Origin: Chiloscyllium plagiosum
Lineage: Eukaryota
Length of the DNA stretch: 52,262 bases
NCBI RefSeq assembly: GCF_004010195.1
Contig: NC_057758.1
Coordinates: 4,259,104-4,311,365 of the forward strand
Direction: 5' to 3'
Notes under the pieces: generated by a model
What the model was told of the DNA's origin: nothing
The model's input: the letters and a program-made list of their open reading frames with translations, nothing else
The model's database searches: none
Shown here: positions 25,296 through 38,300 of the stretch, piece by piece
Layout: the number at the start of each line of letters is the position of its first letter
Position numbering within the stretch: position 1 is the stretch's first letter
Position numbers and translations under genes: made by a program

Positions 25296-27345
25296 CACAT
25301 GCAGCGTTGTGGTCGTGCAGGTTAGTGATGTCACTGGGGGCGGAAGTGGCTGTGGCGACGGCAACCCAGGGGGCAGAAGTGGCTGCGGCGACGACAGAGA
25401 CAGTGTTGTTTCCGAAAGCCGCGGAAGCCGCGAATCTGTCGGCGATGGTCTTCCTGGCGATGGTGGAGGCAGTTGTCTGGGCGGCGATCGCGGAGGCGTT
25501 GGAGTGGGTGGGGGCGGAAGTGACTTCATGGACGGCGGCGGCGGTTATTGCCGCGGGCGCTGTAGCGGCCGCGTGGTTAATGGCGCTGGACTGATTTCGG
25601 AGGCCGATGGAAGATTCTGGATCAGTTGAGGAACCCAGAGTGTGGCGGTAAGTACATGAAAGTTTTTGGTACTTACTCTCTTTAATTTCCGATATGGCTA
25701 GGAAGAACTCTTTGTTTAGTGTATGGATTCTTCTGTGGATGAAGAACAGTAGAGGTCCTTTGCAGGTCTGTGAGAGTGTTGGCCTGAGCTGGGGTAGGTC
25801 GAATTGCAGGGAATGTTGGTAGCGGCGCATGGCTGCAAGCGTGGAGAGGAGGATCCGGAGGGAGGTCGGTTGCTGGAGGCTTCAGATTTGTTCTAGGTAC
25901 TGGTTGACCTGGTTGGGTCCAAATTTTGTTGGTCGGAAGTCCGAGTCCGTGCGGGCTCAGTCGGTTCTGTAGGCATGTGCTGAGGAAGGAGATGTGGCTG
26001 TGGTAGTGAGTCTGTTTCAGAACGTGGCTGAAGAGATTCTGTGCAGAGGAGATGACCTGGGGTGTGCAGTGAGAGAGGGATTCACTGAAATCCATATAGA
26101 GGGAGTAAGAGAGGTTCTTCAAGGAAGGCATCCTTGTAAGAGGATTCGCAGTAGTTTCAAATCTTCGAGGAGAAAGTGAGAACTGCAGATGCTGGAGATC
26201 AGAGCTGAATTTTTGTTGCTGGAAAAGTGCAGCAGGTCAGGCAGCATCCAAGGAATGCATAAGCTCTTCTTCAGGAATGAGGAAAGTGTGTCCAGCAGGC
26301 TAAGATAAAAGGTATGGAGGAGGGATTTGGGGGAGGGGCGTTGGAAATGCGATAGGTGGAAGGAGGTTAAGGTGAGGGTGATAGGCCGGAGTGGGGTGGG
26401 GGCAGAGAGGTCAGAAAGAAGATTGCAGGTTAGGAAGGCGGTGCTGAGTTCAAGAGATTTGACTGGGACAAGGTGGGTGGAGGGGAAATGAGGAAACTGG
26501 AGAAATCTGAGTTCATCCCTTGTGGTTGGAGGGTTCCCAAGCAGAAGATGAGGTGCTCTTCCTCCAACTGTCCTGTTGCTATGGTCTGGCGATGGAGGAG
26601 TCCAAGGACCTGCATGTCCTTGGTGGAGTGAGAGGGGGAGTTGAAGTGTTGAGCCACGCGGTGGTGGGGTTGGTTGGTCCGGGTGTCCCAGAGGTGTTCT
26701 CTGAAACGTTCCGCAAGTAGGCGGCCTGTCTCCCCAATATAGTGGAGGCCACATCGGGTGCAGCGGATGCAATAGATGATGTGTGTGGAGGCGCAGGTGA
26801 ATTTGTGGCGGATATGGAAGTATCCCTTGCGGCCTTGGAGGGAAGTAAGGGGGGAGGTGTGGGTGCAAGTTTTGCATTTCTTGCGGTTGCAGGGGAAGGT
26901 GCCGGGAGTGGAGGTTGGGTTGGTGGTGGGTGTGGACCTGACGAGGGAGTCACGGAGGGTGTGGTCTTTTCGAAACGCTGATATGGGAGGGGAGGGAAAT
27001 ATATCCCTGGTGGTGGGGTCTTTTTGGCGGTGGCGGAAATGACGGCGGATGATATGCTGTACATGGAGTTTGGTATGGGTGGTAGGTGAGGATCAGTGGT
27101 GTGTTGTCCTGGTGGCGGTTGGCAGGGCGGGGCTCAAGGGCGGGGGAGCGGGAAGTGGAAGTGATGCGGTGGAGGGCATCGTCGACCACGTCTGGGGGGA
27201 AATTGCGGTCCTTGAAGAAGGAGGCCATCTGGGTTGTACGGTTTTTGGAACTGGTCCTCCTGGGAGCAGATGCGGCGGAGACGAAGGAATTGGGAATATG
27301 GGGTGGCTTTTTTTACAGGGGGCAGGGTGGGAGGAGGTGTCGTCT

Positions 27346-28345
27346 TAATCTTTCCAAACAACTCCAGTCTGTCCACTCTCTCTTCACGGCTGAAACTCTT
27401 CAGCTCAGGCACGATATTGGTCAATCGCATATCATCCCCAACCCACCCCCATTCATTACAATCACATTCTTCCTGTCTTGAGTATTCCATAAGGGCACAC
27501 AATACTTTGTCTATTTCCTGAGCAATATTTTGTACCTTTCCCGTTTTCTCAGCGGTACCACGATTATTTCAAATCTTGCGTTAAGAGCTAAAGTGCAGTC
27601 TGAGTCTGGAACAGAGCCCTGAGCAGCTGAGAAAGAGTTCTGAAAACATTGCTGCTTTTACATGGAGACCTAGTTCTGGTACAGCATGCGAGTAGCTGAG
27701 GGATGGACCATACTCCTGACCATACCTAAGGACTCTCAGCCGACTGGCCAACTTGCTTACCAGAAGCTTCAAAAGGCATTAAGCCAGATAGGAGCGACTA
27801 TTTATGAGGATTAGATTCAACCGCACTCATTGCAATTGACAAGAGTCAAAGACAATATCATTGAAATATGCAATATTTGTAAGGGATGCGAAAGGTGAGG
27901 TACAGAAATGCCATTTCCCCAGAGGTAGAGTTGAGGACCAGGGAGATTCGTCTCATAATAATGGGTCACCGATTGAGGTGGAATTTCCTGTCTCAGAGGA
28001 TAGTAAACCTTTGGAATTCTTTCCCGCAGATGGCTGTGGATGTTGGGTCTTTCAGTATATTTAAGGCTGTGACAAATTAAGTTTAATCAGGATGGGGAAT
28101 CGAGAGTTATGGGGAAAAGGCAGGGAAGTCGAGTAAGTATGATCTGAAAAGTCGCGATCTCATGGAGTCCCAGTGCAGCCTCGATGAGCGGTCTGTGGTG
28201 AGAAGATCCTATTTGCGTTAGTGAGACTCCACAAAATACAATACCCCAAGTATGGTCTCGCTAAAGCCCTGTATAACTTCAATGAGCTATCCCAACTCCT
28301 GTACTCCATTCCCCTTGCAAATAAGGCCAACATATCATTTGACTT
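27346..28345. mobile_element. Mosaic of short CR1 fragments
   Basis: 27346-27520 antisense ORF2 C-terminus; 27850-28200 sense (NFLSQRIVNLWNSFPQ.AV); 28215-28345 antisense (LKLYRALARP.L.YC). Confidence 0.7.
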
Positions 28346-29109
28346 GCATGAACGGAGGCAGCGAGTGAGCTGTTGATTCCAAGCAACTTGAGAAACGTGG
28401 TCAAACAGGATAGTCACTGGTTCCGTTTCATAGGAAATTTCGAACAAAATAACATGCGCACGACAAAAATGTTTAAAGGTGTTGTTTTGGACCAGGCCAT
28501 CCACGCCATCAAAATATTTCAAGGAAGTAGCCCAGGCCCTAACTTTGCTAATTGTCTGAAGCAGTTGCAGAGCAGCTATTCCTGAGTGATGCAGCTGGCC
28601 CCACCAGTTAGTTTGCAGAAAATCAGAATTAATTTGCAAGATTAGAGAATGGAACACAAACAACAGAGACCAGAATATCCACAAACGTAACCGATCTGAA
28701 AGCGGAACAGATTATCCCAACTTAATCATGTTGCAAATTACTGCAACAACCTCCATAAACGCGGCCTTGGCACAAAATATAAAATCAAACATAGGGTCCA
28801 CAGGGGAGAGACAGCAGAGAGATTTAGCATGGAATACCTTCTTCCATCGCTTATTAGACCAGCAACCTCAAAACTGACTGATTACTTGCTCGAAACAGCC
28901 AGACTGCTCAATCTGAAACCAAACCTAGGGCAACTTAACCGTCTCAAAGGAGAAACATGGTCAGACTTGGGAAACACAATCACCACATCCCAGACAAGGG
29001 GAGAGTTGGGAAAGTCGTGCCAGCACGGTATTAATAACTTGGAGCAAACACGTGAACATCCAGTCACCAAAATTGTTCACAACATTAGATCGGTGGAATG
29101 GCAAGTTGC

Positions 29110-29945
29110 GAGCAAAATCTAAACAATTTATTGAAATATATTAATTGTTCAAGTCAGTGGAAACAAAATTCACAAGTATTGTATAAAATTGAAAGACGTG
29201 AAGATATTTGTTTTGGAAGGGGGAATTTTAAATGAAGAAAACTGCAACACAATGGGACTTGGGAGAAAATGTTGCCGAAACACAAAAAGCTGGTAGAGAG
29301 GGGCAACAGACATTCACAAAGGCTAATGGAATGTTGATCCTTATTTCCAGATTGTCAAGTATCATATCAGGGAGGTCTGACTGCAACTGATCAAGGTTCT
29401 GGGGAGACAATGTCTGGAATACTGTGAACAGTTTTTTGTTCTCTCATTGAAGGAAAAATGTCATTTCATTGGAGGCAGTTTAGAGAAGGTACACTAGGAT
29501 GATTTCAGTTTTGAAGGGAGTATCTCATAAGCAAAGTCTAAGTCTGTCGGGATCTATTCACTGAATATTTCGAGAATTAACGTTGTTTTTAAGTGGAGCA
29601 TACATGATTCTGAAGCGTGATGGAAAGGGTAAATGCTGATAGAAGGTTTTCCTTCATAGTGGAATCCAGGACCAGAGAATCAGAATACGTAAGCAGCAAT
29701 TCAGACATAGATGAGAAGGAATTTCTTCTCTCGGAAGGTTGTGAATTTTTGGAACTCTGTGTCACAGAGAGCTATGGTGGCCAGACGTTTTGTGTAAACG
29801 TAAGATAGGTAGATTTTATCAGTCGGGGATTCACGGGTTACAGACGAAGTCAGGAAAGTGGATGAGACGAATTTTGGAACAGAGACGATCCTCTCTTACT
29901 GGCAGAGCAGGTTTGAGCGGCAGACTTGTCCACTCCTCGTCGTAT
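29110..29945 (+). mobile_element. Decayed CR1 RT C-terminus and 3' end
   Basis: LEYCEQF..., LEAV*RR.TRMI and RRNFFSRKVVNFWNS motifs; mirrored at about 50340-51170. Confidence 0.75.
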
Positions 29946-30829
29946 CTGATTTTAAATAACGTTTTTCTCAACCACCCATTCCAAAATGATATTTTCCCCG
30001 TTCAGACTTCAATAAGTTTAATGTTTAAAAACCTGTAATCATTTCGGAGAACCTGACCAGACGCGGGGGACAGGGCGGAAGTCGGGATGGTAGGCTCGGG
30101 GTAAGGTGTGAATTACAAAGGCAAAAAGAAACCTTATCACCACTCTCTAATCACGAAGGAGATCCAGTGTAACCATTATCTTGTAATCAGACGGCCTATT
30201 CAGTCATATTTGGTCACTCAACAATTCTCAGTTGCTGGATTGTCTATGTCAAAACAATCACAACTCTGTTGCACGGCTGATACTTGGATGACACGAAGTG
30301 TGTAACGTGCACTGTCAACAGTAAAACAGCATCTGAAGTGATAAATATTGACAGTATCAGATAACTAACATATGGACACTCGACAGCATGCAGATTGTGC
30401 ACTGCCTTCAGTAATACAATATGTACAGTGTTGGAGAACTGAGATTTGGATATTCAGCAGCATGCATCATATGCATTATCTGCAATCATTCAATATCTAC
30501 AGAGTTGGAGACTGATAATTGAACATTCAGCTCTGTGTAGCCTGTATATGGGAAACAGGATGGCAGAATTCGATGCTGGATCTTTTACACTCTTCAACGT
30601 GGGACAATGCAGATTTTCCTAAGCTCTGGGAGACGGAAGGTAGCATTGTGGCCTGTGAGTCTATGTTAGAGAACTCAAAAATAGGAAAATAGGAAGTCCG
30701 CTGAGTGGTCTTGTGGTGACATGAAAGTGACCCTATCTTTAATCCATTAGATCTGGGTTAATCGAGGAATGGAATCCTGCAGCACGGAGACAGTGCCATT
30801 GCCTTGGCTGTTCCACGACATTCAAAATG

Positions 30830-33100
30830 TTAATCACCGTTAACTCCATTTCTCTTGGCTCATATCCTTCTAAATCTTTCCTATCTATGTATTGGTTAAA
30901 ATGTATTTTAAATATTGTTAATGTACCTGCCCCAACCACTTCTGCTGTCAGTTTATCCCCCATACATTCCATTTCATATGCGTACCACCCTCTGTGCAAA
31001 ACGTTACCCCTCGTTTCCGTTTTATTGTTTCCACTTTAAACATGAGTTGATGCAATGTCGTCCTCAATTATCCAACGTTCGAAAAAGACTGAGCGCATTC
31101 ACCCTATCCATTCCTCACTTCTAAAAGATTCTGCCTCGCCCCCGTCTCCTATACACTGAAGAAAAATATCCAAGCTTGTCCAATCTCTCCCTATAACCAG
31201 ACCATTGAGACCAGGCAACATTCTTGTGAATGTATTTTGCACTCTTTCCAGTTTAATAACATCCTACCAACAGCAAGGTGACCAATACTGAACACAATGC
31301 TCCAACGTCCTGTACAAATGACACATGGCTTCCGAACTTCTATATTCAATGACTTGACTGATGAAGGTCAGTGTGCAGTAAGCCTTCTTCACTGCCCTGT
31401 CTACCTGACACTCCACTTTCAGGGAACCCTGGATCTGAAATCCAAAGTCCATCTGTTCCACGACACTCCTTAATGCCCTACCTTTTACTATAAACTCCTA
31501 CCTTGATGTGACTTCCCAACAAATGCAAGACCTCACGTTTATCTATAGCAAAAGTCATTTGACAAATTTCTGACCTCTTCCCCAGCTGATCAAGTCCTGC
31601 TGCCATTTCAGTCACCTTCTTCACTCTCCATGGTGCCGCCTGTTTTAATGTCACCTGCAAATATGCTCTTCAGGCCATGTCCAGTCTCATCCAAATCAGT
31701 AATACAGATAACAAATAACAGTGTGCCCCGCACCGATCATTGAGGCACTCCACGAGTCACAGGCCTCCAATCAGACAAGAAACTGTCCACAATACCCTCT
31801 GCTTTCTCCCATCAAGCCAACTGTGTATCCAATTTACCAGCCCTTCTGGATTCCATACGAACTGACCTTCCAGAGCAGCCTACCATATGGACCCTTATCA
31901 AAGAACATCCTGAAATCCATAAAAGCCGCATCTACGGCCCCGCTCTCAATAAACTTCCTGGTCGCTTCATCAATGACGTCGAACAAATTTGATAAGCATG
32001 ACATCCCAAGCAAATAAAAAAAGTCCATGCTGACTGTTTCTAATTACCCCTATATGTCTAAATGCTGGATTATCTTTTTCAGGATCTGTTCACGTAACCT
32101 ACCTACCACAGATTGATCTTTCTCTCCCAGGCTTTTATTTACCGCCCTTCTTGAATAAGGGCACGCAATTCGCTGTTCTGCGGTCTTCTGGGACGTCAGC
32201 CGTGGTTAATAAAAATGCAAAAATATCAGCGAATGTCCTCGCAACGACTTCTCCGGCATTTGTCAAGCTTCTAATTTGGATAGGCCAAGTTGGCGCAAAG
32301 AGTGTTGAAGAGCTGCACTGTGCTCTTGGATATATCTGTTCAGAACTAGGAGATCATTCCATTTTAATAACTTCGAATACATTCAAAATAACCTCTACTG
32401 TGATGTGGGCTTTCCCCAGGATATCACAAAAACATCCCCAAGTTCCTAAGTCTTGATATCTTATTCCATGATAAACGCAGAGGATAAATGATCATGGAGG
32501 AACTTGCCCATTTCCTGCTCATCTCCATATGCATTATTACTTTGTTACTTCAGGGGACATCTCTTCTCTCTAGTTTTTGTTTTTCCTTTAGTATACTTAA
32601 TCCACCTCTTTGCACTCCCCCTGATCATCTCAGCCAATGCTATCTCGTGCCCTGCTTGTCACCACACTGATTTTCTTCCTCAGTGAATTCCTGTATTCCC
32701 GATATATCTTCAGAGATTCCCTTGATCCCAGGTGCCTGTACCTGAGCTATACACCGTTCGTTTCTGTTCAAAACAATAATATCACTTGTCATCCAGGATT
32801 CCATATTCCTGCCCAAATTACCCTTCAGCCGCACAGGAACACGTGGATCTTGAATTTGAACTGTCTCAGTTTTAAAGTCCTCCCACTTGCCGCAGATCAC
32901 TTTGCTTGCAATAAAATATTCCAATCAACTTCTACAAGCTCCTGTCTCATTCCATTAAAATCCACCTTTCCCCAATTTAGAACTTTAACTGTGAAGCAGT
33001 TTTTCCCCTCTCTATGACTATTATAAAATCAATAGAACTATGGTCACTCATCCCAAAGTGCTTGCGACTGTCCCCTCCATCATCTCCCACGTCTCCTCAT
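30830..33100 (-). mobile_element. Decayed CR1 ORF2 fragments
   Basis: SCLSNLFD..., AVDAAFMDFRMFFDKGPYGRL, QVDRAVKKAY, LEHCVQYWSP, KHFGMSDHSS; mirrored at 44140-44915 and 48360-49460. Confidence 0.82.
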
Positions 33101-33899
33101 CAAACCAAGGAAGCAGAAAGCCAACTTTAAAATGGTGCCATTGCTTTCTTTGAAATGAACAATGGCTGCTCGCATTTCGGTCAATTGTTGACAGAGGGTA
33201 GCAGGTAGAGTCTGTCTTTAAACACGTTGAAATTCTACTGAGAATGATGCGTTTGAACCTTTGAAAGAGCTGTGTGATATTGTCCCTTGTCTTTTTTTCT
33301 GCTGGATCTGCTGTGACTTTCCTTTCCGTTCACGGATCGACTTCCAGGGTTATCTTGTATGACTGAGTGAGCTTCCAGCTCTCGTTGTCATGGCATGTTG
33401 TAGTTAACCAAACTAGAAAGCGATTTCCACATTCCTCAAATCAGCATTTTCGCAGTTCCCATCAGTGCATCTCGACAAGTGACTGAATCTCACCCAACCT
33501 CAAACACTGCCGAGAAGCAGACCGCGAGATTTCCCTCCAGTACTCTGTCACGAATATAAAAACCTCTCGACCAGACCAGCAAATACTTCACTGCTAAACT
33601 TGGGAGTTTACTGTGTGAAAACTGCAACTCGTATCTCCCTGAATAAAACATTGGCATCACTAATTTGTTATTTCACGTCTATCTAACATTCTAAGACACC
33701 TTGGGTTTATCTCCCGCTCGCGCTATCCACTGTATTTCACGAAATCGCTCTACTTTTGTTTCGCAGTTGCTTTCCTTGTCTCATCCTTGTCCTGTTCTAT
33801 CTATTAAATCTGCGAACAATGCTTTAACTTTCCACCGTCGTGGAATATGTTCAGGTAGGTCAGGTCAATAGGATAGTGTCGAGTTAAAGGGTTGAATCT

Positions 33900-34075
33900 G
33901 GGATGGGAGTGACGATTGGGAAACTAGTGAAGTTCGTGTTGATGCCATGTGCTTGTAGTTCCCCGAGGTGGAAAATGACATGTGCTTCCTCCAGTTTGTG
34001 GGTGGCCTTGATTAGGCTTTGGAGGAGACCCACATTGGGCACATCATAGGGGGAGGTGAAATGGTTGGACACCTT
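33900..34075 (-). mobile_element. PLE GIY-YIG C-terminal relic
   Basis: ORF 33884..34072 HFTSP...KLEEAHVIFHLGELQAHGINTNFTSF; mirrored at 42586-42755. Confidence 0.8.
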
Positions 34076-34389
34076 CAGTCTCTATAGCCTGGGCACGTCG
34101 AGATTATGCTCATCTCCATGAAACCCAACTCACTCTTTTTGAAACGTCAAAACAGTTGATCCCTGCATTGCTAACATCCTGTCATTTTTGTCTAATTTCA
34201 GATTGTGACGATTGTGAACCATGTTGCCATCGGTGGGCAACGGTCAGAAATGGCAGAGACATGGTCATTACTGTCAGCTCCATACCAGCCAGCTTCATAG
34301 ATTCACTGTTGAGAGAAAATACAAAATGCACCGTTACCATCTCTCTGAGGTATGAGTAGAGGGATAATAGACAATACGTTATAAACGCA

Positions 34390-34600
34390 TGTTCACTTCC
34401 ATCTAGAAGGACAAGGGTGGTAGTCACAAAGCAGCATTTCAAATTGTACTCCAAGCCACTCACCATCGTGACTTGGAAATATATCAGTTATTCCTTAAAT
34501 ATCGCCCAGTTCAGATCCTAGAATTTCTACCTCTGCAGTTGATTATGGGTCAGTCTATAGCACACGGACTGCAAGAAGGAGCTCATGTTCCCAATCCCCA
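34390..34600 (+). mobile_element. LINE (CR1/L2 group) 3' end relic
   Basis: agaaggacaaggg...tccaagccactcaccatcgtgacttggaaatatatc...gcacacggactgca, recognised from memory as a common fish/shark LINE tail; mirrored at about 42060-42270. Confidence 0.55.
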
Positions 34601-35696
34601 ACAACCGCATAACCTATTCTCTAAGTGTGTCTGACAGTGAAAACATGGTGAAATAAAATCAGGAGAAAAGGGAGAGTCGGGGTTAGGATATGGTGAACGA
34701 ATTCGATTGTCACCCCAACCTGATAGTAATTAACAACAAATGATACCTCACAAAACCGGAGGATGTTTACCTTTCGTTCTTTCGTGTTTGGTTAGTGAAA
34801 CAGAATGAACACATTTTCCGAAATCTGGGGCTTACACAACTTCACTCGAAAATGCTCACATTTGTTAATCTCTAAATGATCATTTTTCACGCTTCTCAGA
34901 AGCTATACCGTCATTTATACATTCAGGACTGAAGCACATTTCAAGAAACCCAAATTACGAGCGCCTGGGTCAACATTCCCCTCGAGCTTACTGAACACAC
35001 TTTCCTTGTTTCCAGCAAACTCAGCCAATTATAAATCAGAACGTGAAAAGTCCCAATCTTCAGATTACAACGTGAGGCACTGGAGAGCTGACAAACGAGA
35101 ATTAACGTTAAAACTACACCTATATGTGACAAAATATCTACTACTTGTGAATAGAAAGAAATATTTGTATTCAAGGCGTGTATTTGTAATGGTCAGAGTT
35201 TTCATGATACCCTTACTTCCAAATGACCTACATAAATGATTTAAGTTGCTTTGTTTGATTTGTTGCCCCGTGTACTGAAATACACTGACATTCACATGCA
35301 CTGATACACACAAACTGACAAACACCCAGACATACACACTAACTCACTCACTATAACACACATGAGCTCACACAGACACAGAACACTGAAAATGTAGTTA
35401 AACAGAGAGATCCATACTCACGTCACACGCACTCAATATTACTCCAACCAACATGCTTAGACATACACAAAACCCATATACTAAATTTAAGGCATATATA
35501 CAAACACACAGAAACGCAAATTCACAAAGAAAAAAGAATGAACAGTTGCATTACTAACGTTAATTGCATCAACGTAAACATAATCAGGTATGCTTTTGCT
35601 TGTTTGAAACAAGAAATAGAGGAAAAAATCAAAAGGAAATAAAATCTAACATCTATGGATTGAAGTGGCAATGGGATTTCTTCTCAAATGAATCAG

Positions 35697-36581
35697 NNNN
35701 NNNNNNNNNNNNNNNNNNNNNNNNNNNNNNNNNNNNNNNNNNNNNNNNNNNNNNNNNNNNNNNNNNNNNNNNNNNNNNNNNNNNNNNNNNNNNNNNNNNN
35801 NNNNNNNNNNNNNNNNNNNNNNNNNNNNNNNNNNNNNNNNNNNNNNNNNNNNNNNNNNNNNNNNNNNNNNNNNNNNNNNNNNNNNNNNNNNNNNNNNNNN
35901 NNNNNNNNNNNNNNNNNNNNNNNNNNNNNNNNNNNNNNNNNNNNNNNNNNNNNNNNNNNNNNNNNNNNNNNNNNNNNNNNNNNNNNNNNNNNNNNNNNNN
36001 NNNNNNNNNNNNNNNNNNNNNNNNNNNNNNNNNNNNNNNNNNNNNNNNNNNNNNNNNNNNNNNNNNNNNNNNNNNNNNNNNNNNNNNNNNNNNNNNNNNN
36101 NNNNNNNNNNNNNNNNNNNNNNNNNNNNNNNNNNNNNNNNNNNNNNNNNNNNNNNNNNNNNNNNNNNNNNNNNNNNNNNNNNNNNNNNNNNNNNNNNNNN
36201 NNNNNNNNNNNNNNNNNNNNNNNNNNNNNNNNNNNNNNNNNNNNNNNNNNNNNNNNNNNNNNNNNNNNNNNNNNNNNNNNNNNNNNNNNNNNNNNNNNNN
36301 NNNNNNNNNNNNNNNNNNNNNNNNNNNNNNNNNNNNNNNNNNNNNNNNNNNNNNNNNNNNNNNNNNNNNNNNNNNNNNNNNNNNNNNNNNNNNNNNNNNN
36401 NNNNNNNNNNNNNNNNNNNNNNNNNNNNNNNNNNNNNNNNNNNNNNNNNNNNNNNNNNNNNNNNNNNNNNNNNNNNNNNNNNNNNNNNNNNNNNNNNNNN
36501 NNNNNNNNNNNNNNNNNNNNNNNNNNNNNNNNNNNNNNNNNNNNNNNNNNNNNNNNNNNNNNNNNNNNNNNNNNNNNNNNN
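35697..36581. other. Assembly gap (885 N)
   Basis: N run. Confidence 0.99.
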
Positions 36582-37179
36582 GTTATATCACCTTCCCCCG
36601 TGCCTCAGTATCACTTGTGTATCTTCACCTGCACTTTTGTCTGATGCATTTTGTCCATGATAATCGACAAATAGCTGAATGTTTGGGATACAGGATGACT
36701 CACTGCCTCTAATAAAAGCTCAGGTCCAGAAAATGTACAATTAATCCTGTAGGTAATTGAATGCATCCTGATATTTTGATCTGTATTTTATAGAATTTCA
36801 GTTGTAACTTTGACCGTTCAATGCAACTTTGCTAATTCTATTTTATAGTTTACGAAATTGAGCGATAAATCTCAGGCGCTTTGTAATACTGAAAGACTGT
36901 ACGAATTTTTACCCCTGGTATGTCTGCTGTATGAATTTCAATTTGTTTCGAAACTGCTTTTGCTCTCATCAAATGTGCGACCGAAGACTCTGCTATACAA
37001 ATTATGAGTGGAGAGACTAGAATTTGTAATGACTGGAAAGACTCTGGAAAGAAGCATTGTGTATGATCATTCAGAGAGTGCTATTTGAGAGAGTGTTAGA
37101 CTGAAGATGTGAATGTGCTGGATTTCGGAAATGTATTTATTCAGTGTCATGAAATGGAACCAAGAATGAACAAAAGGTG

Positions 37180-37400
37180 AACATAGACTATAGAACATAG
37201 AACAGTACAGCACAGTACAGGATCTTCAGCCCACGATGTTGTACCGACCAATGATCCTCATGGATGCACTCTCAAATTTCTGTGACCATTTGCATGTCCA
37301 GCAGTCTCTTAAATGTCCCCAGTGTCCTTGCTTCCACAACTGCTGCTGGCAACGCATTCCATGCTCTCACAACTCTCTGTGTAAAGAAACATCCTCTGGT
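37180..37400 (-). mobile_element. CR1 3' end
   Basis: Antisense tail (catagaac)n acagtacagcacag at 37183-37220, followed by 3'UTR. Confidence 0.75.
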
Positions 37401-38047
37401 TTTGTGATTCAACGATAAATGTTAATGGCTTTCGGGCTTGGTTTTCGGCTGAATTCCTCCAGCCGAGGAGGAATTCTAAACCTGACGTTTCCATTTCCCT
37501 AATTCTACTCCTCAATATTTAAATTGTCTGACATATTTTAGTGACCAGAAAGACCGCAGAACACCCTGGGCTGATAGGAGCAGGGATTGGCAGAAATATG
37601 CTGCAATGCAATGCCAAGAAAAAGAAATTTACCGTTTCTGATCTCGGCCAAGTTTATCCTATCATTGTCTTGACAGCAGTTCTGGCTTGTTCAAGCTTGT
37701 CACAAATTATAGGTCATGTTCCAATGTTTTTTTTTTCTCAATTCCGGGGCCAGGAAGACCAGACGTAATCACACGTATGCTGCTTACAATTTCAGTTTAT
37801 GAATTAGGAAAATATTATCTAAAATGTGCCAAGCAGCAGATCTAACTAATCATTTTATCTTTTTGATTAAGAAGCTAGCTGGAGAGGGACAGATTCGGGC
37901 CCAACTCCTGGTCTTTTGCGAAGGGGTGCAGACCAAGTTCGAACTCAACAGTTGGTTTTAGTTTGCCCTGACCTTTTTTTCACTTCGATAACTCAATCTC
38001 TGTTATATCCCATCCCAAACACTGTCCCCCACACAGCCGAAACCGTG

Positions 38048-38300
38048 TCCTTCTTTCCTTCCTTTCTTTCTTCCTTTCTTCCTTTCTTTCTTCCTTCCTT
38101 TCTATCTTTCTTCCTTTCTTTCTTTGTTCTTTCTTTCTTTTTTCCTTCCTTTCTTTCTTCCTTTCTTTCTTCCTTCCTTCCTTCGTTCCTTCCTTCCTTC
38201 CTTCCTTCCTTTCTTTCTTCATTCCTTTCTTTCTTTCTTTCTATCTTCCTTTCTTCCTTTCAGTCTTCTTTTCTTCCTTCCTTATTTTCTTTCTTTCTTT
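38048..38300. repeat. (TTCC/TTTC)n polypyrimidine microsatellite
   Basis: About 250 bp of almost pure pyrimidine on the plus strand; partial second copy at 39005-39172. Confidence 0.95.

Larger units (their letters stand above)
23033..27345 (-). mobile_element. Full-length-type Penelope-like element with upstream partial tandem copy (pLTR); ORF disrupted
   Basis: Minus strand: upstream copy 26120-27345 (PYSQFLRLRRICS, CKTC, GIY-YIG, pLTR). Then the N-terminus MPSLKNL...ISFLSTCLQNRLSPHGL (26131), an Ala/Pro-rich linker, the RT core (MGTRMGPSYACLFVGYVE, FLRYIDD, LPFLDL), and the C-terminus running into gap 23043-23241. Confidence 0.95.
28015..35026 (+). repeat. Large inverted repeat, arm B (left arm of palindrome 2)
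   Basis: Reverse complement matches 41636-52262. Anchors: 28015<->52262, 32293<->48328, 32292<->46167, 33842<->43406, 33903<->42755, 35026<->41636. Confidence 0.97.

Noticed and set aside
28160..28684. 174-aa minus-strand ORF, partly conserved in the mirror (51761..52117)
   Set aside because: Its C-terminal part is CR1 RT remnant (LKLYRALARP.L.YC); conservation is explained by the recent duplication.
33540..33575. Kinase-like FYI-VTEY-xEGNL obtainable on the minus strand
   Set aside because: Requires two frameshifts within about 20 nt, and no HRD/DFG/APE motifs are present.
34240..34285. RDMVITVSS looks like an immunoglobulin J-segment end
   Set aside because: No WGxG/FGxG motif, no heptamer/nonamer RSS, no splice donor directly after it.
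34941..35174. ORF with hydrophobic stretch plus Cys (VVLTLILVCQLSSASRCNL...LSLLE) resembling a type I interferon first exon
   Set aside because: Starts at TTG, the hydrophobic part coincides with a pyrimidine-rich acceptor-like tract, and no downstream interferon exons (no CAWE-like motif) were found.
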